A stretch of DNA of 64,000 nucleotides from Haliotis rufescens. Its lineage: Eukaryota. Under the pieces are notes generated by a model that saw nothing but the letters and a program-made list of their open reading frames with translations, was not told the DNA's origin and made no database searches. The stretch lies in NCBI RefSeq assembly GCF_023055435.1, contig NW_025964112.1, forward strand, positions 60,078,001 to 60,142,000. The letters run 5' to 3'. Position numbers and translations under genes: made by a program. Positions 50,461 to 64,000 of this stretch are shown piece after piece (positions within the stretch are counted from its first letter, which is position 1; the number at the start of each line of letters is the position of its first letter).

Positions 50461-53400
50461 GAACTTAACTACAGCCTTCACCCTCATGGTGTTATTGTGA
50501 TTGATAAATAAAATCTGACCACCATGCGCTTATTTTGTCCACTTCTACACTATTACGACAAAGATGCCTAGTCCATTTATGGTGCCCAAGATTCCTACAA
50601 TGTGGCCTATTCTCATGGCACTAAACACATTCTAGCATGGTCTAACATAACATGACATACATGCAAAGAAATCATAGCTACATGAATGATGCCATAAAGT
50701 GCAGTCTGCAGACACGAGTGTCCAATGGACACTTTAAAGGCTTACAACGAGCGAGACTGCTTCAGGTAGTCCAGTTAGGAATTTACCTACAACCTTAATC
50801 GTCATGGCATAGTTGTGACAGATACATAAAATATGACAACTGTGTGTTTATCTTGCCAACTTCCATACTATTATGACAATAATCCCTAGTCCATTTACAA
50901 TTTTCAAGATTCCCACAATCAAGTCAATTCTCAATCACATACCAGAAACATTTAACAATCTGTACAATTCCTGCTATACAATAAGCATATGGCTATGAAT
51001 CACTGTTCAACAAGGATGATACCGGGTGTTCGCGAAAAGCTTAACGTAGCCTGCCCCATCGGTGGAAGTCGTCACAAACACACACAAAGGCAATTCATTT
51101 GTTCAAATGATCAAACACTAGAATAAATTGCACGAATCAGTTGTCAGGACTAGTAGTATCAATCATTTGATNNNNNNNNNNNNNNNNNNNNNNNNNNNNN
51201 NNNNNNNNNNNNNNNNNNNNNNNNNNNNNNNNNNNNNNNNNNNNNNNNNNNNNNNNNNNNNNNNNNNNNNNNNNNNNNNNNNNNNNNNNNNNNNNNNNNN
51301 NNNNNNNNNNNNNNNNNNNNNNNNNNNNNNNNNNNNNNNNNNNNNNNNNNNNNNNNNNNNNNNNNNNNNNNNNNNNNNNNNNNNNNNNNNGTATGTAAGA
51401 GGGAGGATCACCCGGTCGTCTAAAGCAGCTGCAATTCGCTGGGCAAAGTTACGTCATTTCAGTTGTTCAAGGATCTGCTGATCCTGATTTTGAATCCCGA
51501 CTTCTACCCGAGGATCATCCTTGGTATGTCAGCACCATACCCATGTTCGTTGGATTCGCCGAAATGATGAATGCATCACTTTGGTTTATATACAGTCATA
51601 TTATGCTGAAACGTCGTGTTATATAGAGATTAATACACGAGTGTCTATCAGATACCATTCATCTTACAACGAGTGCAGTAATCTGTTTCTTACACACCCT
51701 AAAATCGCACCATTACAACATCGAATCGATGCATTTAGTCTATGTTCATGATGGCAATGGCGCATTAATACATAACACAACGGTCATGAATGACGTCATC
51801 CAACGTACTGCTTACTACTCATAAATTATTTGAGCCTACACAAAAAGGTTTCCGCCATATCTGTGGATTATCATGGCGATGATGATCATGCAAATTAGAT
51901 TAGATCAAAGAAAGAGTAATCATAATAGTTTCACCTCAAATAAATAGCTAAATATGAACAACAATGTTTATTCCGTATGTCAAAACTACTGGTGACCGAC
52001 TTTTGTCTAAATGGAGTGTTCACTGACAACAGTAAGCGGAATTTTCAGAGGAGGGTTTTCGTTGATCGATGGATTATATAATACATGTGTTATGTAAGTA
52101 ATCAGAAACAGTCTGACAATTTGCGTACTGTTATTTGTTTTTAGGTTTTCCAATAATACCAAGAGAATTAGTCAGATTAGCAGATAACTACCGTTGCCGT
52201 TGTGCGTGATTTTCCGTCAGTCATGGCGTCACAAAGGACGGAAACTTTTACGATTTCTGTTGAATTTACCTGATCATTGTTATGTATATATTTTTAATTC
52301 CATAATTCGTTGCTACGATATTCTTCCATTAAATATCCTCAAACACGTGAGCCAATGTATGCAACAATTAGACGAATGGAACTCTCAAAATAGGAGAAAG
52401 TGTTACACAGAGTAAATTCGGAATTTTGCTATAATTACATTTCAAACACGTACAGTTTTACTAGCACAGCGTTCGCTCCCACACCTAATTTATTTCGCTT
52501 GATTCCATCTAGAAACTTTGTTCGTTGTCATTTGATTCTAAAATGTATGAGCAATTCAGAGATTAGGAGTCGCAGCTGAATTTGAAGTATATGTGATGTT
52601 ATAGACGTCTCATAACCGGCACACATCAAACGTGATTTGCGGAAAGTACACTTCGAGGTTCGTGTATGCGTACTTTCCAAAATTCTAGGCTTATCGGCGA
52701 CGTTTCAGAATTACACCAGTCATCACAAATATGTTATTTTTCAAATTCAATTCAATTCGGAGTAAATCTCTTATATTCGATTTCTAAACCTACATTAAAT
52801 AACGCCGTGAATTGTGATTCTGTAATGTATCGAAAATGGCCACATTTGCAATGAAGCTTGGTACGCTATATTATCGCGGTTCTAATTTGTTATAGATCGT
52901 AATGCTGCACGCTTACAAACCTATAAAATATGTCATACGCAAAATGTTTCTTGTTATTTGTTCAGCCTTTATGACATATCAATCAGGAATGATCGATGCT
53001 GATTTTCGGTAAACAAAGTCGATTTTCAGAGCTCATTTTCAGTAAGTTTGTTTTGCCTAAAAGTGACAGTGATACATATCACACAACAGGTAACTTCCCA
53101 CAGAATTCAAAACTGTGATGTGTATTAGTGTGCGTGATGTATTTTGAATTTTATTGAAGTGTAGCATCCAGGGGGCACTCTAAAACCATAATGTTCAACA
53201 CAGGTGTAGGTGAACATTCGACTGGAGCATGAGAAACATCAATGACTTACGATCAGGAAAGTATTCCGTCATGATCTGACCTTAGGTCATAACCAAGAAG
53301 TAGCCAATCACAGGCCTGGAATTCGATCCACACATATGTCAGATTCCAGTTATCTCAAATTGGTTTCTCACCCACAGGTGTGTAAGAAACCCGAACCACA

Positions 53401-53639
53401 CATAGATGTTTTTCGATGGGTTGGGATGTTTCGTGTTAGCTGTTGATGTGTATTTCATGGTGTATACTATAATACATGTCACAGTGGATTTTATGACACA
53501 GTCCATGTGACGATGTGAATCATAGTGCATAGGGGTGGTGGGGTAGCCCAATTGTTAAACCATCTGCCTATGTGTGCCTCAGTGTATGGATTTCAGGGTT
53601 TATAGCATGGCTTTTGTTTCAGGGTGTAAGTCTTTGTAT

Positions 53640-54320
53640 GAGTCACAATGCATGCCATCGTGTGTCACAGTGTATGGCATGGTGTGTGTCACAGTGTGTG
53701 ACATGGTGTGTGTCACAGTGCATTACATGGTGTGTGTATTTCACTGTGTTTGACAGGATGTATGTGTGTCACAGTGTATGGCATGGTGTGTGTCACAGTG
53801 TATGGCATGGTGTGTATATTTCACTATGTTTGACAGGATTTATGTGTGTCACAGTGTATGGCATGGTGTGTGTATTTCACTGTGTTTGACAGGATGTATG
53901 TGTGTCACAATGTATGGCATGGTGTGTGTCACAGTGTATGGCATGGTGTGTGTCACAGTGCATGGCATGGTGTGTGTCACAGTGCATGACATGGTGTGTG
54001 TCACAGTGCATGGCATGGTGTGTGTCACAGTGTATGGCATGGTGTGTGTATTTCACTGTGTTTGACAGGATGTATGTGTGTCACAATGCATGGCATGGTG
54101 TGTGTCACAGTGCATGACATGGTGTGTGTCACAGTGCATGACATGGTGTGTGTCACAGTGCATGGCATGGTGTGTGTCACAGTGTATGGCATGGTGTGTG
54201 TATTTCACTGTGTTTGACAGGATGTATGTGTGTCACAATGCATGGCATGGTGTGTGTCACAGTGCATGGCATGGTGTGTGTATTTCACAGTGCATGGCAT
54301 GGTGTGTGTATTTCACAGTG
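53640..54320. repeat. ~22-bp satellite (gtgtgtcacagtgcatggcatg) inside the duplication unit
   Basis: Direct reading. The paralogous tract at 60560-61495 is longer. Confidence 0.9.
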
Positions 54321-55511
54321 CTTGCTATGATGTGGTGAAGCGTCACAGTTGTGACACAAAAGTATAGACGATGATTGCAACCTAATCATATTCACGACCA
54401 TGGCGCAACATCAGATACTTCTGACAATACATTTCTGACTTTGTTGATGATTGTCCATACCTACACTTTAACACTGTATGTAATACCATCTCAAAAACCC
54501 ACAGTACTTCTACAATAGACGATTAGGCTTTGAGCACACGTCGGATACTACAAGGAATCTACTTTGACGGAAGTACATGTACCTTGCTATTGCAATACTA
54601 TATCAACTGTTATACTACTACAATTGACCACAATGATAATAGTTACCACTGCATCACAATCGGAATACATCATAGTTACAATACCTTCAATGTTAACGCC
54701 AAACAATAACTACAGCATAAACTTGACAATTATATCATATGATCAACACTATTACTACAAGTAGCGGATATGATACAAGTACCTCATGTGTGGTCATATT
54801 GAACTTAAGTTGATGAGGACGGAATCGTACAATCGATTATGTTTTATGCAGAAATTTCGAATGATTATGGTAAAGGGTTTTGTTGCTTTTATTTATGTTG
54901 GAACGGACACAATGGTACCAGGGCATACATAGTATTTCGATGACTGAAGAATGTTCCCTAATCTATCTTAACTAGTTAATGGCGTGTTTCACCATCCGTC
55001 AGCGAGTCTTCATGCGTCAACCAATGGTCCGTGTTCGGAGAATATAAGGGATGCCTTCGGGAATAAACCTACAGATATTTGGTTTGTAAGTGATGGATTT
55101 GAGAGTTGCTAAAGCAAGATAAACAAATTCCTCAGAAAGTGTTAAACGACAAACGTCCCAAGCGAAATGTGTAGCATACCAGTGACTTTCCTTTCAAAAT
55201 GACAAATATATCTAATGTACAATATCGAAAAGAAATGCATTTATATAGATTGTTTAGATTTTCACGTCCCTTCGGGTCAAATATGCTGAATAATAATAAT
55301 AAAAATAATAATAATAATTATAATGCCATTTGCGTCTATTTCTCCTTAATTATAGAAGTTCAAACGTCTAAACGAACAGATTATAACAAAACCATACTTA
55401 CCTTTACTAATCTTATAAAACTATCAATTATATCAGCAAAAAAAGTTGTTTGTAACCATCTCAAAACCTCAGAACTGCATTTAAGCTGATAGAGAGGATC
55501 GAAAATCTGAC

Positions 55512-55861
55512 CATCAGTCTATAGATAATTGACTGCATATCTACACCCGATGGAGATCAATAAGAGGAGGCTGGCGAACCTGGGGGATTATCTCATCTGT
55601 TTCCATCACCCTGTCCGTGAGACCAAAGCGGTGGCCACTTGGCTCTTTGACATTGCCGTGGTAACTGACATGAAGATTGGATGATGATTATCTATTATTC
55701 TACGTGTGCCAGATGCAGGTGTAATCTTCCATCTGATCCACTAGACATGTCAGTCTCCGTGTGACAGCCCCCAACACGGAAGGACGTGTGTTTGTATATA
55801 AGGCATGGAACAGGAAGAGACGACACATTTTGTGAGTTCCACCTGATACAAGACATCTGCC
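55512..55861 (+). promoter_or_regulatory. Proximal promoter of array copy 3
   Basis: Homologous block with gtatataagg TATA upstream of ATG 55862. Confidence 0.65.
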
Positions 55862-57395
55862 ATGATGAAAGTCACATGTTTCCTGGTCGCTGCCGTGAGT
55901 TATTTCCATGCTTTTATTTTTTCCTTTTAATTCATTTGCACCTTTCATGTCTGAAAAAGATAACAAATCTAGCATGTTCGATTGTCCCACGCTTATACCC
56001 AATAGTATATAACTCACATCACATAAAATGTCTTATATATTATTCTTTTGATTTACTGTATATATCCCCAGTAACATATGTTGAAACTAATTGGGTGTTA
56101 GTCTGGTGCATCGTGTCTTATCAAGATTTAATGTTATATTTATCTGTTTTCAGCTTCTGGCATGCTGCGCTGCCCAGATGGGCCAATACTGTGGGGTAGG
56201 CTTTCAGAAATAATATAAACCATATGCACCCACTGTAGAATAAATGTAACGTTGATTACACCTAAACACATAGATTTCAATTTCTAAAATCGTTACCGAA
56301 ACCATGAAGCTTCTTTCATGTTAATATAATTGTGGCTATAAGTCGGTAGTCTATGTCTTTATACCATCCAACGATTCCCGACATATTTGGTGCCCCCTGC
56401 CGTGATATTGCTGGAATATTGCTACAACAGGCGTAAAACCATATTCACTCACTCACTCACTATATCATCCCAGAAAATTTCATTCTTCCATTATTCACAC
56501 AACTGTTAGACCCGAATAATCCAATGTTACTAGTTGAAATACATGTAAATAGAATTTGGAACAATCGACCAATTATTACATATATAGTGATCAAATCATT
56601 CTTGTATTTTTGTTACAGAATGTAATGTGCCCCCAAGGGTTTGAGTGTAGTTATTCCTCGATGGGCCAAAGCCAGTGTGTATGTGAGTATTTCTATGCCT
56701 GTATTACATTGTTATACATTGTCTTTCCCTGTAACAGAACTTCAAAACTCTGCCAGTATAGACATTCTTAAATCAACCACATCGACAAAGACTACTTCGA
56801 ATATGACATCTTCAGTTCAAGCAAGGAATGTTAAGTATAAGCATATATCTATGGCGTAAGCATCTATGTTTCTTGGTTTATAGATATTTATATTGTTTGG
56901 TGTTATAAATGCTTGGTACTCTTCTGCTTGGTTTTCCACTGGTCCAGATTGTTGTCATCATATATATCATTACATATCTGTGACATGAAGTAGCCCTTAC
57001 TATTGGGTCACTCAATAGCCATTCAAATACCATCTGTCATTCTTACACACAATTTACTCACGGCTATCTTCTGTATTTGTACTTAAACACTTAATCCAGA
57101 TTTCTGATCCTGAACGTTAACTTTCATCCCCTCAGCTAACAACTTCGTCTGCCCACAAGTCTGGATCTCCAACACCTATGACTTCAAGTCCTGTTCTGGG
57201 TTCGCCGGATGTGACCCTTACAGTGAGAAATGTTGTAATGGTGTGTGTATGAAAGGACCTTCTCTGGTGGCCTTCTCCAACAACGGCTGGGGAAGCGGCC
57301 CCGGCGGCCCCGGTAGCCCCGGTGGCCCCGGCATCCCCTATTCTGGTGCTGAGAAGACCTCGGAGGAGGGCAAGAAACCAACGGGGTCCAGATAG
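55862..57395 (+). CDS. Secreted FOLN-like/WAP-like cysteine-rich protein, array copy 3 (4 exons, 132 aa)
   Basis: Exons 55862-55894, 56154-56195, 56619-56682, 57136-57395, intact. Tail reads GSGPGGPGSPGGPGIPYSGAEKTSEEGKKPTGSR*. Confidence 0.88.
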
Positions 57396-60300
57396 GAACT
57401 TAACTACAGCCTTCACCCTCGTGTTGTAGTTGTGATTGATGAATAAAATCTTACCACCATGCGTTTATTTTGTCCACTTCTACACTATTACGACAAAGAT
57501 GCCTAGTCCATTTATGATGCCCAAGATTAAAATGAGCGAGACTGCTTCAGGTAGTCCAGTTAGGACTCAATCGTCATGTGTATAGTTGTGACAGATACAT
57601 AAAATCTGACAACCGTATGTTTATTTTGTCCACTTCCATACTATTATGACAATAATACCTCGTCCATTTACAATGTTTAAGTTTCCCACAATCAAGTCAA
57701 TTCTCAATCACATACCAGAAACATTTAACAATCTGTACAATTCCTGCTATACAATAAGCATTTGGTTATGAATCACTGTTCAACAGGGATGATACCGGGT
57801 GTTCGCGAAAAGCTTAACGTAGCCTGCCCCATCGGTGGAAGTCGTCACAAACACACGCAAAGGCAATTCATTTGTTCAAATGATCAAACACTAGAATAAA
57901 TTGCACGAATCAGTTGTCAGAACTAGTATTATCAATCATTTGATCTCCTTATGTGATATGTCAATCACGGCAATACCCCAATAACGCCCTGTTTGCGTGG
58001 AGCCGATGGAGCACATTTTCTTTATGTCTCCTGANNNNNNNNNNNNNNNNNNNNNNNNNNNNNNNNNNNNNNNNNNNNNNNNNNNNNNNNNNNNNNNNNN
58101 NNNNNNNNNNNNNNNNNNNNNNNNNNNNNNNNNNNNNNNNNNNNNNNNNNNNNNNNNNNNNNNNNNNNNNNNNNNNNNACAAACATACACACACGCATAC
58201 ATTTTGTGTCATTGTGTGTGCAAAGCTCATGTGATGGTATGTAAGAGGGAGGACCACCCGGTCCTCTAAAACAGCTGCAATTCGCTGGGCAAAGTTACGT
58301 CATTTCAGTCGTTCAAGGATCTGCTGATCCTGAGTTTGAATCCCGACTTCTACCCGATGATCATCCTTGGTATGTCAGCACCATACCCATGTTCGTTGGA
58401 TTCGCCGAAATGATGAATGCATCACTTTGGATTATATACAGTCATATTATGCTGAAACGTCGTGTTATATATTGATTCATACACAAGTGTCTATCAGATA
58501 CCATTCATCTTACAACGAGTTGTTTCAAAACGTATTTATTCAGATACGCTTTGAAACAACAACTTGTAAGATAAATGGTATCTGACAGGCACGAGTGCAG
58601 TAATCTGTTTCTTACACACCCTAAAATCGCACCATTACAACATCGAATCGATGCATTTAGTCTATGCTCATGATGGCAATGGCGCATTAATACATAACAC
58701 AACGGTCATGAATGACGTCATCCAACGTACTGCTCACTACTCATCAATTATTTGACCCTACACAAAAAAGTTTCCGCCATATCTGTGGATTATCATGGCG
58801 ATGATGATCAGGCAAATTAGATTAGATCAAAGAAAGAGTTATCATAATAGTTTCACCTCAAATAAATAGCTAAATATGAATAACAATGTTTATTCCGTAT
58901 GTCAAAACTACTGGTGACCGACTTTTGTCTAAATGGAGTGTTCACTGACAACAGTAAGCGGGATTTTCAGAGGAGGGTTTTCGTTGATCGAGTGAGTATA
59001 TGATACATGTGTCTTGTAAGTAATCAGAAACAGTCTGACAATTTGCGTACTGTTATTTGTTTTTATGTTTTCCAATAATACCAAGAGAATTAGTCAGATA
59101 AGAAGATAACTATCGTCGCAGTTGTGCGTGATTTTGTGTCAGTCATGGCTTCACACAGGATGGAAACGTTTACGATTTCTGTTGAATTTACCTGATCATT
59201 GTTATATATATATATTTTATCCCATAATTCGTTGCTACGATTCTCTTCCCTTGAATATCCTCAAACACGTGAGCCAATGTATGCAACAATTAGACGAATG
59301 GAACTCTCAAAATAGGAGAATGTGTTACACAGAGTAAATTCGGAATTTTGCTATATTTACATTTCAAACACGTACAGTTTTACTAGCACAGCGTTCGCTC
59401 CCACACCTAATTTATTTCGCTTGATTCAATCTAGAAACTTTGTGCGTTGTCATTTGATTCTAAAATGTATGAGCAATTCAGAGATTATGAGTCGCAGCTG
59501 AGTTTGAAGTATATGTGAAACGTGATTTGCGGAAATTACACTTCGGGCTTCGTGTTTGCGTACTTTACAAAATATTCGAAACAAGTCTACGCTTATCGGC
59601 GACGTTTCAGAATTATCAGTGGTGATTTGGTGAAAAACACACACCCGTCATCACAAATATGTTATTTTTCAAATTCAATTCAATTCGCTGTAAATCTCCG
59701 ATATCTCGATTTCTAAACCTACAGTAAAAAACATCGTGGATTATAATTCAGTAATGTATCGAAAATGGGCACATTTGCGATTAAGCATGGTACGCTATTT
59801 TATCGCGATACTTAATTTACAATGGATCGTAATGGTGCACACTTACCAACCTATAAAATATGTCATTCGCAAAATGTTTCTTGTTATTTGTTCAGGAATG
59901 ATCGATGCTGATTTTCTTTTGCGATATCGGTAAACAAAGTCGATTTTCAGAGGTCATTTTCAGTAAGGCTTAGTTTGTTTTGCCTAAAAGTGACAGTGGT
60001 GGATATCACACAACAGGTAACTTTACACAGAATTCGAAAGAATTCATTAGTGTGCGTGATGTATTTTGAATTTTATTGAAGTGTGGCATCCAGGGGGCAC
60101 TCTAAAACCATAATGTTCAACACAGATGTAGGTGAACATTCGACTGGAGCACGAATAACATCAATGACTTACAATCAGGAAGGTATTCCGTAATAATCTG
60201 ACCTTAGGTCATCACCAAGGAGTAGCCAATCACAGGCCTGGAATTCGATCCACACATAATAATGTCAGATTCCAGTTATCTCAAATGGGTTTCTCACCCA

Positions 60301-60559
60301 CAGGTGTGTAAGAAACCCGAACCACAAATAAGACGTTTTGCGATGGGATGGGATGTTTCGTGGTAGCTGTTAGTGTGTATTTCATGGTGTATACAATAAT
60401 ACGTGTCACAGTGGATTTTATGACACAGTCCATGTGACGATGTGAATCATAGTGCATAGGGGTGGTGGGGTAGCCCAGTTGTTAAAGCATCTGCATATGT
60501 GTGCCTCAGTGTGTGTGGATTCCAGGGTTTATAGCATGGGGTTTGTGTCACAGTGAAAG

Positions 60560-61495
60560 TCTTTGTATGAGTCACAATGCATGCCATCGTGTGTGTCACA
60601 GTGTGTGGCATGGTGTGTGTCACAGTGCATGACATGGTGTGTGTCACAGTGCATGGCATGGTGTGTGTATTTCACTGTGTTTGACAGGATGTATGTGTGT
60701 CACAGTGCATGGCATGGTGTGTGTATTTCACAGTGTTTCACAGGATGTATGTGTGTCACAGTTCACGGCATGGTGTGTGTATTTCACAGTGTTTCACAGG
60801 ATGTATGTGTCTCACAGTGCATGGCATGGTGTGTGAATTAACAGTGTTTCACAGGATGTATGTGTCTCACAGTGCATGGCATGGTGTGTGTCACACTGCA
60901 TGGCATGGTGTGTGTCACAGTGCATGGCATGGTTTGTGTCACAGTGCATGGCATGGTGTGTCACAGTGCATGGCATGTTGTGTGTCACAATGCATGCCAT
61001 CGTGTGTGTCACAGTGTGTGGCATGGTGTGTGTCACAGTGCATGACATGGTGTGTGTCACAGTGCATGGCATGGTGTGTGTATTTCACTGTGTTTGACAG
61101 GATATATGTGTGTCACAGTGCATGGCATGGTGTGTGTATTTCACAGTGTTTCACAGGATGTATGTGTGTCACAGTTCATGGCATGGTGTGTGTATTTCAC
61201 AGTGTTTCACAGAATGTATGTGTGTCACAGTGCATTGCATAGTGTGTGTATTTCACAGTGTTTCACAGGATGTATGTGTCTCACAGTGCATGGCATGGTG
61301 TGTGTCACACTGCATGGCATGGTGTGTGTCACAGTGCATGGCATGGTGTGTGTCACACTGCGTGGCATGGTGTGTGTCACACTGCATGGCATGGTGTGTG
61401 TCACAGTGCATGGCATGGTGTGTGTCACAGTGCATGGCATGGTGTGTGTATTTCAATGTGTTTGACAGGATGTATATGTGTCACAGTGCATGGTA
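60560..61495. repeat. ~22-bp satellite inside the duplication unit (expanded copy)
   Basis: Direct reading. Confidence 0.9.
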
Positions 61496-62715
61496 TGATT
61501 TGTATTAACTAGTGGACTGTGCACTTTGTTACACATTACCTCTAGGAACATTGATATTTTGTGGCAATAAAATAAAGTTAAATCAGCAACTTTAAAGTGT
61601 GATCATATCTCAGCATAAGGTAGATAACAAAGCCTTCCTCAAACAGAAAAACTTAACCTTGTGAGATGGACCGGGTGCCTGGGCTGTTCCAGAACGTTTC
61701 GGTAATGTAAATAAAATATTATCAATAACCGGAAACATTATTTACTCAAATATATTATTTCTAAAAGAATCGTTATCTGTGCTGTTTCATGGAGTCTGTT
61801 TCATTACATCCTTGTAGCTTCTTCTAATGAGGTATGTGTGTCACAGTGCATGGCATGGTGTGTGTATTTCACAGTGCTTGATATGGTCATAGTTGTGACA
61901 CAAAAGTATAGACGGTGATTTGCAACCTGATCATATTCACGACCATGCATATTCACGCAACATCAGATACTTCTGACAATACATTTATGACTTTGTTGAT
62001 GATTGTCTATCCATACCTACACTTTAACACTGTATGTAATACCATCTCAAAAACCCACAGTACTTTTGCAATAGACGATTAGGCTTTGAGCACACGTCGG
62101 ATACTACAAGGAATCTACTTTGACGGAAGTACATGTACCTTGCTATTGCAATACTATATCAACTGTTATACTACTACAATTGACCACAATGATAATAGTC
62201 ACTACTGCATCACAATCGTAATACCTCATAGTTACAATACCTCCAATGTTAAAGCCAAACAATAACTACAGTATCAACAAATATACCATATGATCAACAC
62301 TATAAATACAAGTGGCCGATATGATACAAGTACCTCAGGCGTGGTCATATTGAACCTAAGTTGATGTGGACGGAATCGTACAATCGATTCTGTTTTATGG
62401 AGAAATTTCGAATGATTATGGTAAAGGGTTTTGTTGCTTTTATTTATGTTGGAACGGGCACAATGGCAACAGGCCATACATAGTATTTGGATAGCTGAAG
62501 AAGGTATAATAATTATAATGCCATTTGCGTCTATTTCTCCTTTGAATTAATTATAGAAGTTCAAACGTCTAAACGAACAGATTATAACAAAACCATACTT
62601 ACCATAAAAAAATATTATAAAACTATCGATAATATCAGCAAAAAAAAGGTTTTGTGTAACCATCTCCAGACCTCAGAACTGCATTAAAGTTGAAAGAGAG
62701 GATCGAAATTCTGAC

Positions 62716-63064
62716 CATCAGTCTATAGATAATTGACTGCATATCTACACCCGATGGAGATCAATAAGAGGAGGCTGGCGAACCTGGGGGCTTATCTCAT
62801 CTGTTTCCATCACCCTGTCCGTGTGACCAAAGCGGTGGCCACTTGGCTCTTTGACGTTGCCAGGTAACTGACATGAAGATTGGATGATGATTATCTATTA
62901 TTCTACGTGTGCCAGATGCAGGTGTAATCTTCCATCTGATCCACCAGACATGTCAGTCTCCGTGTGACAGCCCCCAACACGGAAGGACGTGTGTTTGTAT
63001 ATAAGGCATGGAACAGGAAGAGACGACACATTTTGTGAGTTCCACCTGATACAAGACATCCGCC
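62716..63064 (+). promoter_or_regulatory. Proximal promoter of array copy 4
   Basis: Homologous block with gtatataagg TATA upstream of ATG 63065. Confidence 0.65.
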
Positions 63065-63598
63065 ATGATGAAAGTCACATGTTTCCTGGTCGCTGCCGTG
63101 AGTTATTTCCGTGCTCGTATTTCTTTTTTTACTTTATTTGCTCCTTTCATTTCAGTGGAACATAAGAAATCTGACGTGTTCGATGGTCCCATGCTTATAC
63201 ACAATAGTATATAACTTGCATCACCTAAAAATTCTTTTATATTATATTTTATAATTGCTCCATATATATCCCTGATCGGGTGCTTGTTTCAACAAAATCA
63301 GTAAATGCGCTATCGTGTCTAGTCAAGACTTGATTGTTTACAGGCCTTATGGTAGGAGTACTGCTGTAAGGCGTCAGGCAACAAAACACATACATATTGT
63401 GTAAGCTGCGGATGTTACCGATAGCGCAGGACATGCTTCCCTTTTAAACAACTTTCATTCAATCACTAGACAATAACAAAAAGAGAATTTTCCATGAAAT
63501 CTTAGTTATTTCATACGCACTTTATTGAATTTAATGTTATATTTGTCTGTTTTCAGCTTCTGGCATGCTGCGCTGCCCAGATGGGCCAATACTGTGGG
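63065..63598 (+). CDS. Array copy 4, exons 1-2 (gene runs off the window end)
   Basis: Exons 63065-63097 (MMKVTCFLVAA) and 63557-63598 (LLACCAAQMGQYCG). The window ends in sequence matching intron 2 about 25 nt before the exon-3 acceptor of copies 2 and 3. Confidence 0.85.
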
Positions 63599-64000
63599 GT
63601 AGGCTATCAGAAATAATATAAACTATATGCACCCTCTGTAGAATAAATGTAACGTTGATTACGCTTAAACTCATAGATTTTAATAGGTAAAATCGTTACC
63701 GAAATCATGAAGCTTTTTTCATGTTAATATAATTGTGGCTATTACTCGACAGTCTATGTCTCTATACCATCCCACGATTTCCGACATTTCTTGTGTCCCC
63801 TGCCTTGATATTACTGGAATATTGCTACAACAGGCGTAAAACCATACTCACTCACTCACGCACTCACTCACTCACTATATCATCCCATTCTTCCATTATT
63901 CACACAACTGTTACATCCGAATAATCCAATGTTACTAGTTGATATACATGTAAATTAAATTTGGAACAATCGACCAATTATTACATATATAGTGATCAAA

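Larger units (their letters stand above)
48425..64000 (+). repeat. Recent tandem segmental duplication, unit about 7.1-7.2 kb (copies 2, 3, 4)
   Basis: ATG spacings are 7117 and 7203 bp. Introns and intergenic spacers, including an embedded satellite, align co-linearly (e.g. 51390-53640 with 58237-60570). Confidence 0.9.

Overview
AT-rich, repeat-rich animal genomic DNA with spliceosomal introns and several N-gaps. It is probably molluscan; the SINE types suggest a gastropod such as abalone, but that is inference. Genes I could reconstruct by hand: (1) a two-exon engrailed-class homeobox gene (+, about 1606-16291, 14.1-kb intron). (2) A convergent two-coding-exon gene (-, 18417-19047) encoding a 116-aa secreted precursor with two CxxxC...CxC motifs and a C-terminal amidation signal (PGRK*), a candidate neuropeptide or effector. 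(3) A tandem array of at least four small 4-exon genes (ATG at 39351, 48745, 55862, 63065) that the ORF track does not recover. They encode 127-132-aa secreted proteins: signal peptide, follistatin-N-like 4-Cys module, 6-Cys WAP-like module, then a Gly-Pro tail whose 9-nt repeat grows 2->3->4 along the array. The array shows patchwork homogenisation and a displaced relic 3' end. The rest is decayed Tc1, mariner and Penelope-like elements, tRNA-derived SINEs (some with TSDs), MITEs, several satellites and microsatellites. Most ORF-track entries are spurious.
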